Source of the DNA: an uncultured bacterium
GTDB lineage: Bacteria > Bacillota_I > Bacilli_A > RFN20 > CAG-826
Direction: 5' to 3'
Length of the DNA stretch: 64,000 nucleotides
Assembly: GCA_949288485.1 (NCBI GenBank)
Contig: CASEKC010000001.1
Coordinates: forward strand, 7,070-71,069
Shown here: piece after piece, positions 28,517 to 39,720 of the stretch
Numbering within the stretch: the first letter of the stretch is position 1
Layout: each line of letters starts with the position of its first letter
Position numbers and translations under genes: made by a program
Notes under the pieces: generated by a model
Told to the model about the DNA's origin: nothing
Databases searched by the model: none
What the model saw: the letters and a program-made list of their open reading frames with translations, nothing else

Positions 28517-30256
28517 ATGGACACAAAAACTATTTCATATTCTTTAAGAAATTATAAAAAACAATTAATTTTCGGACCTATTTTTAAAACAATAGAAGTT
28601 ATATTCGAACTTTTTATTCCTTTAATCATGAAACAAATTATAGATGTTGGTATTGAAAAAGGAAATATGGGCGATTATTCCTATATTATTTATTTAGGTT
28701 TAATAATTTTAGGCTTAGTTGTTTTCGGCTTTTTCTCTACGATGGTTTGCCAATATTTATCTAGTGTTTGTTCTCAAGGTTTTGGAACAGATTTACGAAA
28801 TAGAATTTATAAAAAAGTTGATGAATTATCATTAAAAGAATTAGAAATTGTTGGAAAAGGTAATCTTTTAACAATGTTAACTAATGATACAAGTCGTTTA
28901 CAGGTTGGAGTTGCTAGCTTAATTCGTTTAGCAATCAGAGCACCTTTACTTGTTATCGGTTCTTTAATAATGTGTATTTTTGTTTCCATTAAAGCTTTTT
29001 ATGTTTTTTTAATAGCGGTTATTATTGTATCAATTTTTGTAACTATTATTTTTATTTTATCTAGTAAACAGATATTAAAAGTTCAAAAAAAGGTTGATAA
29101 AATAGTCACTATATCTAATGATGATTTAGCTGGCAGTCGAGTTATCAGAGCATTTAATAAAGAAGAAGACGAAGTTTTGAAATTTAAAAAAATAAATGAT
29201 GAATATTATAAAGAAGCTCGTAAAAATGCCTTTTTTAACGCTTTAGTCAATCCATTAACTTATTTAATTATTAATAGTGCAGCAGTAATTATTATTTTAT
29301 TAGCAAAAAATTATATAAATTTACCTGATGAAATGAGTAGTGGTGATCTTTTAGCCTTAATTCAATATTTAAATCAAATTATGACTGCTCTTTTAGTTGT
29401 TTTTAACCTAGTCATTGTTTTTACAAAAGCTTTAGCTTCAAGAAAAAGAGTTAATAATTTTTTAACAAAAGAAAGTTCTATAAAAAGCGGAAATATTAAA
29501 GAAGATATTTTTAAAAATGGAAATCCTTTAATTACATTTAAAAATGTATTTTTTAGATATGAAGATGGTGATAATTACGTTATAAAAAATGTTTCTTTTA
29601 ATATAAATAAAGGCGAAACCGTCGGAATAATTGGTGGAACGGGTAGTGGAAAAACAACAATAATTAAACTTATTGAACGTTTTTTTGATTCGAGTGAAGG
29701 TGATGTTTTATTTAATTCTCATAATATCAAAGAATACGATATAAATTATTTAACTTCAATAATATCGTTAGTTTCTCAAAAAGTTTCCATTTTTAATGGA
29801 TCAATTAAAGAAAATTTAACAATGGGAAATGAAAACATTGATGAAAATAATATAATAGACGCTTTAAAAAAAGCTGATGCTTATTCATTTGTATATAATT
29901 ACGAGGATAATTTAAATCACGAAATTGTTGAAGGTGGTAAAAATTTATCTGGCGGGCAAAAACAAAGAATTTCAATTGCTAGAGCCTTATTAAAAAAAGG
30001 AGAAGTTTTAATTTTAGATGATTCAACAAGTGCTCTAGATTTTTTAACGGATAAAAGTGTTAGAAACAATATAAAACAAATTGAAGGATTAACAACAATA
30101 ATTGTTTCTCAAAGGGCCACTTCATTAACTGATTGCGATAAAATCATTGTTATGTATCATGGCGGGGTAGAATCAATTGGAACTCATGAAGAATTATTAA
30201 AAACTTCAAAAGTTTATCAAGAAATTTATTATTCTCAGGTGAAAAATTATGAATAA
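28517..30256 (+). CDS. ABC exporter, fused permease/ATPase (heterodimer subunit 1)
   Basis: Six TM helices then Walker A GGTGSGKTT, signature LSGGQKQR, Walker B ILILDD. Confidence 0.8.
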   Translation: MDTKTISYSLRNYKKQLIFGPIFKTIEVIFELFIPLIMKQIIDVGIEKGNMGDYSYIIYLGLIILGLVVFGFFSTMVCQYLSSVCSQGFGTDLRNRIYKKVDELSLKELEIVGKGNLLTMLTNDTSRLQVGVASLIRLAIRAPLLVIGSLIMCIFVSIKAFYVFLIAVIIVSIFVTIIFILSSKQILKVQKKVDKIVTISNDDLAGSRVIRAFNKEEDEVLKFKKINDEYYKEARKNAFFNALVNPLTYLIINSAAVIIILLAKNYINLPDEMSSGDLLALIQYLNQIMTALLVVFNLVIVFTKALASRKRVNNFLTKESSIKSGNIKEDIFKNGNPLITFKNVFFRYEDGDNYVIKNVSFNINKGETVGIIGGTGSGKTTIIKLIERFFDSSEGDVLFNSHNIKEYDINYLTSIISLVSQKVSIFNGSIKENLTMGNENIDENNIIDALKKADAYSFVYNYEDNLNHEIVEGGKNLSGGQKQRISIARALLKKGEVLILDDSTSALDFLTDKSVRNNIKQIEGLTTIIVSQRATSLTDCDKIIVMYHGGVESIGTHEELLKTSKVYQEIYYSQVKNYE

Positions 30257-32015
30257 TTTAAGTTTTTTATTTAAATATTTAAAAAAAGAACTCTTTTCAA
30301 TAATTTTGTGTATTATTCTATCAATAATCACAGTTCTTTGTGTAACATTCATTCCATATTTTATTGGGGATAGCGTTGATATTATTTCTTCTTATTTAAA
30401 TGTTAACGATATAGATTTAATAAATTGGAATCCTTTATATCAAAACGTCTTAATTATTTGTTTATTAATTACTATATTAGTAATTTTTCAGTTATTATTT
30501 GATACTTTATTAGGATTTTTTGTTGAACGAATTACTGTTAATTTACGCGTAGATTTGTTTAATAAAATAAATAAAGTTTCAATTCAATATATTGATAAAC
30601 AGAAAAAAGGTGATTTAATTAGTAGAATTATTAATGATGTAGACAATCTAAATACTGGTTTAATTAGTGGTATTAGACAATTTTTTAGTGGGGTTGTTCA
30701 AATTATTGCGACAATTTCAATTATGTTTTATTTAAACTGGATTTTGGCATTGGTCGTTATTTTATTAACTCCTTTTTCATTTTTACTTTCTTATGTAATT
30801 GCTAAAAAAAGTGCTAAATATTATAAAAAATGTAATGAATATATTGGTGAAGGTAGTGGAATTTTCCTTGAATATATTAATAATATTGAAACTGTAAAAT
30901 CATTTAATTATGGTGCAAAATCTTTTGAAAAGTATGAAAAAACTAACTCTAATTTATATAAAGTTGGTCAAAAAGCTCAATTTGTTTCATCGTTAGTCAA
31001 TCCTTCATCTAGATTAATAAATAATTGTATTTACGCTTTTGTTGGAACGCTAGGAGCTCTTTTATGTGTTTTTAGCTTAAATAATAATGATAATTTTTTA
31101 AATACAAGTATGAGTATAGGAATGGTCACAACTTTCCTTCAATATTCGATTCAATATGCTAAACCTTTTGATGGTATAACTTCCTGTTTAAGTGAAATTC
31201 AAAATGCTTTTTCTTCATTAACTCGTATAAAAAATGTTTTCTTAACAAAAGATGATTTTGATGAAGGAAAAAAACATATTCAAGAAAAAATTTCTGATAT
31301 ATCTTTTGAAAATATAGTTTTTGGTTATGAAAAAGGGCAAAAAATAATTAAAAATTTCAATTTAAATGTTCCTTATGGTAAAAAAATAGCAATAGTTGGA
31401 CCGACTGGTTGTGGTAAAACTACACTTATAAATTTATTATTGAGATTTTATGATCCAAATAGCGGTGAAATAAAATTAAATGGTATTTCAAATTTAACTT
31501 ATAGTAAAAAAAGCATTCGTTGTCATTTTGGTATGGTTTTACAAGATACTTGGATTTTTAATGGAACTGTTTTTGAAAATATTGCTTATGGAAAAAAAGA
31601 TGCTACATTAGAAGAAGTAAAAGATGCTTGTGTTAGAGGTAACTGTCTTGATTTTATAGAAAGACTAGGAAAAGGATTTGACACGATTATTTCTGAAGAT
31701 AGCGGATTAAGTGCTGGGCAAAAACAACTTATTTGTATTGCTAGAGTTATGCTTTTAATGCCTGATATTATGATTTTAGATGAGGCAACTTCAAATATTG
31801 ATACTCGTACAGAAATGAAAATTACTGAAGCTTTTAAGAAATTAACAGATGGAAAAACTTCATTTATTATTGCACATCGTTTGTCAACTATCGTCTCTAG
31901 CGATTTAATTTTAGTAATGAAAGATGGCGAAATTATCGAAATGGGAAATCATAAAGAATTAATTTTAAAGAAAGGTTTTTATTACGATTTATATAATGCT
32001 CAATTTTCTAATTAA
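30249..32015 (+). CDS. ABC exporter, fused permease/ATPase (heterodimer subunit 2)
   Basis: GPTGCGKTT, LSAGQKQL, ILDEATS; overlaps the previous gene by 8 nt. Confidence 0.8.
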   Translation: MNNLSFLFKYLKKELFSIILCIILSIITVLCVTFIPYFIGDSVDIISSYLNVNDIDLINWNPLYQNVLIICLLITILVIFQLLFDTLLGFFVERITVNLRVDLFNKINKVSIQYIDKQKKGDLISRIINDVDNLNTGLISGIRQFFSGVVQIIATISIMFYLNWILALVVILLTPFSFLLSYVIAKKSAKYYKKCNEYIGEGSGIFLEYINNIETVKSFNYGAKSFEKYEKTNSNLYKVGQKAQFVSSLVNPSSRLINNCIYAFVGTLGALLCVFSLNNNDNFLNTSMSIGMVTTFLQYSIQYAKPFDGITSCLSEIQNAFSSLTRIKNVFLTKDDFDEGKKHIQEKISDISFENIVFGYEKGQKIIKNFNLNVPYGKKIAIVGPTGCGKTTLINLLLRFYDPNSGEIKLNGISNLTYSKKSIRCHFGMVLQDTWIFNGTVFENIAYGKKDATLEEVKDACVRGNCLDFIERLGKGFDTIISEDSGLSAGQKQLICIARVMLLMPDIMILDEATSNIDTRTEMKITEAFKKLTDGKTSFIIAHRLSTIVSSDLILVMKDGEIIEMGNHKELILKKGFYYDLYNAQFSN

Positions 32016-32189
32016 TCATTAATTTTTTATTCATTTTTAAAATCGTATATATAAATTTAAAATACATATTTACTCGATTTTTTCGTAATATTATTTTATT
32101 TTTGAATGAGTAGTTTTAATGGAAAAAATGCTATTTAAAAGTGTCTTTTTTTAATGGTATAATTTTAACGTTTATTATTTGAGGAAAAA

Positions 32190-34376
32190 TTGAAAATGAA
32201 ACGTGTTTTTGAAAAAGAGTTCTTCGGTAAAAAATTAGTTGTAGAAACCGGAGAGATAGCAAAACAAGCAGATGGTGCTGTTTTTGTTAGATTAAATGAT
32301 ACTGTTGTTTTATCAACAGCTTGTTGTAGTGACGAACCTAAAGAAGGAGATTTCTTCCCTTTAACAGTTACATATGAAGAAAAACAATATGCAATTGGAA
32401 GAATTCCTGGCGGTTTTTTAAGAAGAGAAGGAAGACCTGGCGAACATGCTACTTTAACAGCAAGATTAATTGATAGACCAATTCGTCCTATGTTTAGCGA
32501 TGGATTTAGAAATGAAGTTCAAATTATTAATACTGTCATGAGTGTTGATTTAGACTCAACTCCAGAAATGACTGCTATGTTTGGTTCTTCATTAGCACTT
32601 GGAATTTCTGATATTCCATTTGATGGTCCTATTGCAGGTGTTTATGTTGGTAGAGTTAATGGAAAACTTATTATTAATCCAACTGTAGAAGAAAGAGAAA
32701 TTTCAGATTTAAATTTAGCTGTTGCAGGTACAAAAGATGCAATTAATATGGTTGAAGCTGGCGCAAATGAATTAAGTGAAGATGAAATGCTTGATGCAAT
32801 AATGTTTGGCCATGAAGCTATTAAGGCTCTTTGTGAATTTGAAGAAGAAATTATTAGAGAAGTCGGAAAACCAAAAAGAGAAATTCAACTTTATACACCT
32901 GATCAAGCAATTGTTGACGATATCTATGGAAGAATTTATGAGCGTATGGTTAAGGCAATTTCTATTTTTGATAAATTAGAAAGACAAAATGCTATCGATG
33001 CTTTAAAGAATGAAATTATTGAAGATTACGATAATCGAGAATACAAAAAAGAAAAAGAACATAAAGCTATGATGCTTATGGTTAATGATATTTTAGAAGG
33101 AATGGTTGCTAACGAAGTTAGAAGACTTATTACCGAAGAAAAAATTAGACCTGATGGAAGAAAAATTGATGAAATCAGACCTTTAGATGCTCAGGTCGAT
33201 TTATTACCAAGAGTCCATGGTTCTGCTATGTTTACAAGAGGACAAACACAAGTTATTTCAACTTGTACATTAGGTATTAAGGAAGATGAACAAATTTTAG
33301 AGAGTTTATCTCCAGAAGATTCAAAAAGATGGATGCATCACTATAATTTCCCACCATTCTCAGTTGGTGAAATCGGTAGAACAGGTACTCCAGGAAGAAG
33401 AGAAATCGGTCATGGAGCTTTAGGTGAAAGAGCATTATCTTATGTTTTACCAAGTGAAGAAGAATTCCCATATACAATTAGATGTGTTGCTGAAGTTTGC
33501 GAATCAAATGGTTCATCATCTCAAGCATCTATTTGTGCATCTTGTATGGCTTTAATGGCTGCTGGTGTTCCTATTAAGAGAATGGTTAGTGGTATTGCAA
33601 TGGGTTTAATTACTTCAGGACCTTTAGATGGAAATCATCCTTATACTATCTTAACTGATATTCAAGGTTTAGAAGATCATTTTGGAGATATGGACTTTAA
33701 AGTTGCTGGTACCGAAGTCGGTGTTACAGCTTTACAAATGGACATTAAAATTAAAGGTGTTACAAGAGAAATTTTACATGATGCTTTAATGCAAGCTCAT
33801 AAAGCAAGAGCTGAAATTAGAGAAGTTATGTCCAAAGCTATTTCCGAACCAAGAAAAGAATTATCAAAATATGCTCCAAAATTCGTCTCATTCTTTATTG
33901 ATAAAGATAAGATTAGAGAAGTTATTGGAACTGGGGGAAAAGTTATCAACGAAATTATTGAACAATGCAATAATGTTAAAATTGATATTGATGATGAAGG
34001 AAAAGTTTCAATTTATCATACTGATGCTGAAATGTTACTCAAAGCAAAAGAAATTATTCTTAATATTGCAAGAGTAGTTGAAATCGGTGAAGAGTTTACT
34101 GGAACAGTTACTAGAGTTGAAGATTTTGGTGCTTTCGTTTCACTTTATGGTGATAAAGAAGGATTATGCCATGTCTCTAAATTAAGTAATGGTTATGTAA
34201 AGAGTGCACATGATGTTGTAAGAGTCGGTGAAACTTTAAAAGTTAAAGTTATTGGTATTGATGAAAAAGGAAAAATCTCCGTATCTCATAAAGAATATGA
34301 ACCAAAAGGTGAAAACCAAGGCAAAAATGGAGAAGTAGTTGAAGAAAAGAAAAAGAGATCTTTCTTTAAAAAATAA
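32190..34376 (+). CDS. pnp: polynucleotide phosphorylase (start may be TTG at 32190 or ATG at 32196)
   Basis: Two RNase PH domains, KH and C-terminal S1 ([13 protein letters not shown]). Confidence 0.9.
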   Translation: MKMKRVFEKEFFGKKLVVETGEIAKQADGAVFVRLNDTVVLSTACCSDEPKEGDFFPLTVTYEEKQYAIGRIPGGFLRREGRPGEHATLTARLIDRPIRPMFSDGFRNEVQIINTVMSVDLDSTPEMTAMFGSSLALGISDIPFDGPIAGVYVGRVNGKLIINPTVEEREISDLNLAVAGTKDAINMVEAGANELSEDEMLDAIMFGHEAIKALCEFEEEIIREVGKPKREIQLYTPDQAIVDDIYGRIYERMVKAISIFDKLERQNAIDALKNEIIEDYDNREYKKEKEHKAMMLMVNDILEGMVANEVRRLITEEKIRPDGRKIDEIRPLDAQVDLLPRVHGSAMFTRGQTQVISTCTLGIKEDEQILESLSPEDSKRWMHHYNFPPFSVGEIGRTGTPGRREIGHGALGERALSYVLPSEEEFPYTIRCVAEVCESNGSSSQASICASCMALMAAGVPIKRMVSGIAMGLITSGPLDGNHPYTILTDIQGLEDHFGDMDFKVAGTEVGVTALQMDIKIKGVTREILHDALMQAHKARAEIREVMSKAISEPRKELSKYAPKFVSFFIDKDKIREVIGTGGKVINEIIEQCNNVKIDIDDEGKVSIYHTDAEMLLKAKEIILNIARVVEIGEEFTGTVTRVEDFGAFVSLYGDKEGLCHVSKLSNGYVKSAHDVVRVGETLKVKVIGIDEKGKISVSHKEYEPKGENQGKNGEVVEEKKKRSFFKK

Positions 34377-34386
34377 TATATAAATT

Positions 34387-34935
34387 ATGTTACATTTAAT
34401 TGTTTCAGATATACATGGAGCAAAATCATCAGCTGAAAAAATTGTAATGTTAGATAAACAGTATAATTTTAGTAGTGTTTTAGTATTAGGAGATATCAAC
34501 TATAATGGGGCTAGAAATATTCCTCCAGTTGATTATTCTCCTATAGATGTAACTGCTTTATTAAAAACTATTAAAGATAAGTGTCTTTTTATTCGCGGAA
34601 ATTGTGATAGTCGTGTTGATGAATTTGTTTTAGAAAAGAAGTTTTTTGATCTTAAAAAAATCAAAATTAATAAACGTAAATTTATTCTTACTCATGGAGA
34701 TCTTTATAACAAAGATAGTTATAAAATTCATATAAATGATGTCTTTTTATATGGTCATACCCATATTTATGAATTGACAAAAACAAAAAATGATTCTTAT
34801 ATTTTAAATCCAGGATCAATTTCATTGCCTAAAAACAATAATCCTCGTACTTATCTAATTTTTGATGATGAAAAACAATTATTTTCCTTATATAATATTA
34901 ATGATGTTTTAATTGATTCCTTATCAATAAAATAG
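34387..34935 (+). CDS. YfcE/MJ0936-type metallophosphoesterase
   Basis: SDIHG, GDINYNG (degenerate second motif), GNCD, THGD, GHTH. Confidence 0.65.
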   Translation: MLHLIVSDIHGAKSSAEKIVMLDKQYNFSSVLVLGDINYNGARNIPPVDYSPIDVTALLKTIKDKCLFIRGNCDSRVDEFVLEKKFFDLKKIKINKRKFILTHGDLYNKDSYKIHINDVFLYGHTHIYELTKTKNDSYILNPGSISLPKNNNPRTYLIFDDEKQLFSLYNINDVLIDSLSIK

Positions 34936-34967
34936 ATCATAATAACAATTATCGTAAAGGAGTTTTA

Positions 34968-36659
34968 ATGGATAAAATAAAGATTTTAGCTTTAGGCGGG
35001 CTAGATGAAGATGGTAAAGATCTTTATGTAATTGAAATAAATAAAGATATTTTTGTTGTCGGTGGAGGATTTAAATACCCTTCAAAAACTACACCTGGTA
35101 TCGATTTTATTATTGCTGATTTTAGTTATTTAGTCGAAAACAAAGATCGTGTTAGAGCTTTTTTATTGCCAAAATGTAAGAAAAATAGTTTTGGAGCAAT
35201 TCCATATATTTATAAAGAAGTTAAAGCACCAATTTATTGTACTGCCCTTACTAAATTATTTTTAGAAAAATTTTCTAATGATTATCTTCAAGATAACGAT
35301 TATGATTTTAAAATTATCGATTTACCTGCAACTATAGAAATAGCTGGACATCAATTTACGCTTTTCTCTACATGTGCATCAGTTCCTTCTACCTTTGGTT
35401 TTGCTATTAAAACTAATTTAGGAAATATAGTTTATAGTGGTGATTTTATTGTTGAATATTCAAATGAAACTTCATTTAGACTTGATTTAAATACATTAGG
35501 TAAAATTGCTGAAAATCCAACATTATTATTGATGTCTGAATCGGTTAATTCTTTAAAACCAGGATATTGTTCACCAAATCATCGTCTTTATCCACGATTA
35601 ATAAATTATTTACATAATGCTGAAGGTAGAGTTTTCATCGCAGCAAATAGTGATAATTTATATCATATCGATGAAATTGTTAGAGCATGTCGAGAAACAA
35701 ATAAAAAACTTTATCTTTATGATGATACTTCTAGAGAATTATTCTCTTTTAATAAGATTAAAGATGTTAATAGATTCCCTTTAAAAGATATTGTTGGTAA
35801 AGATGATGTTTTAAGAGTCAAAGAATCTTCATTAGTTATATTGATGAGCGATGAAAGTGAAAGAATTTATGATAAAGTTTCTCTTTTAGCAAATAATGAA
35901 ACTGATGATAAACTTATTTCTTTAAAAGAAAGCGATACTTTCTATTTAGCAGCGATTCCTTCTGATAATAATGAAATTATTGCTACTGAAACAATCGATG
36001 AACTTTATAAGAGTGGTTGTCATGTTCATTATGAAACCAAAAATACTTTAAATAAAATGCATGCTTATGAAGAAGATTTAAAGATGTTAATCTCTCTTTT
36101 AAAACCAAAATATTATTTCCCAATCGAAGGATATTATGTTTCGCTTTTAGCAAATGCTAAACTTGCCTTTGATATGGGAGTTGGATTATCTCATAATTCT
36201 ATATTCCTTCTTGATAATGGACAAACTTTAGTTTTTGAAAGTAATAAAACTCCTTCATTAGATTTTAATTATGAAAATAAAATCATGATTGGAGATGTTA
36301 TGATTGATGGAATTGGAGTTGGTGATGTTGTTAATGAAATTATTTCGGATAGAAATAGACTTGGGGAAGATGGCGTAGTAGTCTTAGGTTGCGCTATTTC
36401 AAAAAGTGAAAGAGATATCTTAGCTGGGCCTGATATTCAAATGAGAGGATTTTTATTTTTAAAAGATAAAGATGCTGACCAAATGCTTAAAGATATTCAA
36501 AAAGTATTTGTTGAAAATGTTAAAGAATGGCTTTCTTCAACAGTTAATTTTGATGTAAATGAATTAGAAGATCAAATTGTTAATATTTTAAGAAAAATGC
36601 TTCTTAAAAATAATAATCGTAATCCGGTTGTTAAACCTAATATCGTTATTATTGAATAG
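34968..36659 (+). CDS. RNase J-family protein lacking the catalytic metal ligands (probable pseudo-enzyme paralog)
   Basis: Collinear with B. subtilis RNase J1 (ALGGL..., GDF, C-terminal domain). HGHEDH is replaced by LPKCKK, motif H(S) by CAS, and the SGHG...HGE ligands by AYEE...EGY. Confidence 0.7.
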   Translation: MDKIKILALGGLDEDGKDLYVIEINKDIFVVGGGFKYPSKTTPGIDFIIADFSYLVENKDRVRAFLLPKCKKNSFGAIPYIYKEVKAPIYCTALTKLFLEKFSNDYLQDNDYDFKIIDLPATIEIAGHQFTLFSTCASVPSTFGFAIKTNLGNIVYSGDFIVEYSNETSFRLDLNTLGKIAENPTLLLMSESVNSLKPGYCSPNHRLYPRLINYLHNAEGRVFIAANSDNLYHIDEIVRACRETNKKLYLYDDTSRELFSFNKIKDVNRFPLKDIVGKDDVLRVKESSLVILMSDESERIYDKVSLLANNETDDKLISLKESDTFYLAAIPSDNNEIIATETIDELYKSGCHVHYETKNTLNKMHAYEEDLKMLISLLKPKYYFPIEGYYVSLLANAKLAFDMGVGLSHNSIFLLDNGQTLVFESNKTPSLDFNYENKIMIGDVMIDGIGVGDVVNEIISDRNRLGEDGVVVLGCAISKSERDILAGPDIQMRGFLFLKDKDADQMLKDIQKVFVENVKEWLSSTVNFDVNELEDQIVNILRKMLLKNNNRNPVVKPNIVIIE

Positions 36660-36674
36660 TAAAAAAATGATAAA

Positions 36675-36715
36675 AATAAAGAAAAATTCCATTAGAAATA
36701 ATGGAATTTTTCTTT
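36675..36715 (+). terminator. Rho-independent terminator
   Basis: gaaaaattccatt-agaaat-aatggaatttttc followed by tttatttattt. Confidence 0.6.
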
Positions 36716-36740
36716 ATTTATTTATATAATTTTAGTTGTA

Positions 36741-39397
36741 TGATTAATAAAGAAAAGTTAAGAAAAATTAGTAATGAAACTGCTAGAAGTAGCGTTGGAA
36801 TTTTTATATGTTTATTTGCTATATATTTATCTTTAAATTTAGCTCCTGTTTCCCAATATGATTTTTTCATTTATTTAGCAAGAGCGATAACTTGGGTAGT
36901 AGCTTTTTTTGTTGGTGGAATATTTTCCTATATTATTTATCTTTTATTATTTATCTATGGTTTAAGTTTAATAATTTATCATAAAAAAACTAAATTAAGA
37001 TTAGCACTTTTTATTAGTGGTGTTATTTTATTTTCACTTGGTGGAATGATTCTTTTAACTAATGGATTTAATTTAAGAACACTAGAAAGTGGTGAGATAG
37101 GATATTTAACTTTTGATAATTTTGGAACTGTTTTATTAAATAACGTTATTTACACAGATTCAGTTTTTAGAATTAATATTATTTATAATAGCGGAATTAT
37201 TGGAATGTTTTTAACTGCTTTAATTAATCAATTTTTAGGATATGTTGGTTCTTATACAATTGGTTCAATCGTTTTTGTTGCTGGAACTATTTTACTTTTA
37301 ATTCGTCCGTCGATGTATTTAATAAAAAAATTCAATGAATATCGTAATTTCAATTATCAATATTCTCCAAAAAGTGCTTTTACAAAAGCTAAAGATATTA
37401 CTTTAACAACTACCACAATTGATTCTTTAGAAGATGGAGATGACACAAATATTGAAGTTAAACAAGAACACGAAACAAACAAAGAAGTAAAAGAAAGTAA
37501 ATATACTCCTAATGATTATATTGAAAAGGTTGAAAAAGAAAGAAATGATTTTGTAAGGCCTGCTTTTATCGATCCTTCTCAACCAGAAGAACAATATTAT
37601 GCTGGAGATCATTTTGAAGATAAACCTTTAACTAGAGCTCATTTTAGCGAGGATGATTTTTCTGATAAAGTCATTTTTAATAATAAAAATACTGAAAATA
37701 ATAATTTTAAGGCAAATTCATATAAAGAAGTTCAAAGTAGACCTTTAACTCAAGAGGTAGAAAAAGATCATTACGATACACCAAAAAGTGATGTAGCCAT
37801 TAAACCAACATTTGGATATTTAGATGATTTAAATAAAGAAAATAGTGTTTCGCAAGCTAAACCAAAAATTAGAAAAAAACAAAAATATATTGCTCCTTCT
37901 TTAAGTTTACTTGAAAATAGAACAACTCATGAAACAGATCAAAAAAATAAAGAAGTTGCAGAAGAAAGAAGCGATACTATTAATCAAGTTTTAACAGATT
38001 TAGGAGTTAAAGCAAGAGTTGTTTCTTATAAAATTGGTCCATCTGTTACTCGTTATGATATTCAAACTGAAAGAAGTGAATCTATTAAAGGATTTGATTC
38101 TTATATTAATGATATTTGTATTCGTTTAGGCGGAGTAAACGCTCGTTTTTCACCAATTGTTTTAGGAAAAACAACATCAGGATTAGAAATTGCTAATGCT
38201 GTTTGTTCAATTGTTAATTTTAAAGATTGTTTACAAGCTTTAAATCGTTTGCCAAAAACAAAACCAACAAATATTCCTTTTGGTAAAGATATTAATAATG
38301 AATTGTTATCTGTTGATTTACAAGAAACTCCACATTTACTTGTTAGTGGTACAACGGGTAGTGGTAAATCAATTTTCGTTCATTCTTTAATCATGACTTT
38401 AATCATGAGAAATTCTCCTGATAATCTAAAATTATTATTAATTGATCCAAAAACTGTTGAATTTAATAAATATCGTGAAATACCTCATTTATTATGTCCA
38501 CCAGTAGGAATTGATGATCCACAAAGACCTTATGAAATATTAACTAAAATTTGCGATATCATGGAAGAAAGATATGCACTTTTTGCTGAAACAGATTGTT
38601 CAAAATTAAAAGAATACAATGAATGGGCACTTGCTCATGGGAAAGAAACTTTACCAGTTATTGTTGTAGTTGTTGATGAATATGCTGATTTAGTTGAATC
38701 TAATAAACGTATTTCTGAACCAGTTGTTAGAATTGGACAAAAAGCAAGAGCAGCTGGAATTCATATGATTATTGCAACACAAAGGCCATCAGTTAATGTT
38801 ATTAATGGTGTTATTAAAGCAAATATTCCTTCAAGAGTTGCTTTACTTTCATCTTCTTATACCGATTCAAATACAATTGTTGATCAAGGTGGTGCTGAAA
38901 AATTAATTGGTAATGGTGATATGCTTATTAAATGTGCTTTATTAAGCAATACTTTCCTTATCCGTTGTCAAGGCGCTTATGTATCTAATCAAGAAATTAA
39001 AGCTGTTTGTGATTATTTGCGTAATAATTATGAAACACAATATGATGAAGAAATTATGGATATAATAAATAAACCTGTAGCTCAAGATCCAGCCTTAATG
39101 GAAGCTAGTAAAGAATCTCGTTTTGGAAGTGATGAAGATATTTATCAAGAAGTTAAAAATTGGGCTATGAGTGAAGAATATATTTCAATGAGTAAAATTC
39201 AAACTACATTCTCAATCGGTTTTAATAGAGCCTCAAGAATATTTAAAAGATTGCAAAGAGAAGGAGTCGTAAGTAGTGATCCAGCTACCAACTCATCAAA
39301 AGGAAGTAAAGTTTTACTTCATAACTTTGATTATAATGCAGTTAAAGAAGAATATAGTGGCGGTTCTATTGAACAAACTACCTTTAAGAAAAAATAG
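36741..39397 (+). CDS. ftsK: DNA translocase FtsK/SpoIIIE (ATG at 36701 lies inside the terminator hairpin, so start set to 36741)
   Basis: N-terminal TM helices, linker, motor domain with GTTGSGKS and ATQRPS, C-terminal gamma wHTH. Confidence 0.85.
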
Positions 39398-39402
39398 TTT
39401 AT

Positions 39403-39720
39403 ATGCCTATTGGGATTGATCTTACATATATACCTCGTTTTAAAGATAAAGAGGATTTAGCAAAAAAGATTTTAAGTGAAGAAGAATTAATAAATTATTA
39501 TAATTCTTTGAATAAAGAAGAATTTCTTGCTTCCCGATTTGCTTTAAAAGAGGCTTTGATTAAATTTTTAGAACTAAATATTTTATCCGTTAACTTAAAC
39601 GAGATAAATATAAAGAAAAAACAAAACGGAGCAGTTTATGTTTTATATAAAGGAAAAAGATATTCTGCTTCTTTATCGCATGAAAAAGATTATTGTGTGG
39701 GGGTTGTAACTAATGATTGA
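39403..39720 (+). CDS. acpS: holo-[acyl-carrier-protein] synthase
   Basis: 105 aa, IGIDLTYIPRF N-terminus, SLSHEKDY. Confidence 0.7.
   Translation: MPIGIDLTYIPRFKDKEDLAKKILSEEELINYYNSLNKEEFLASRFALKEALIKFLELNILSVNLNEINIKKKQNGAVYVLYKGKRYSASLSHEKDYCVGVVTND

Noticed and set aside
36701-36740. ATG at 36701 as FtsK start (per ORF track)
   Set aside because: It lies within the 3' arm of the upstream terminator hairpin and yields an odd MEFFFIYLYNFSC extension; the ATG at 36741 is more plausible.
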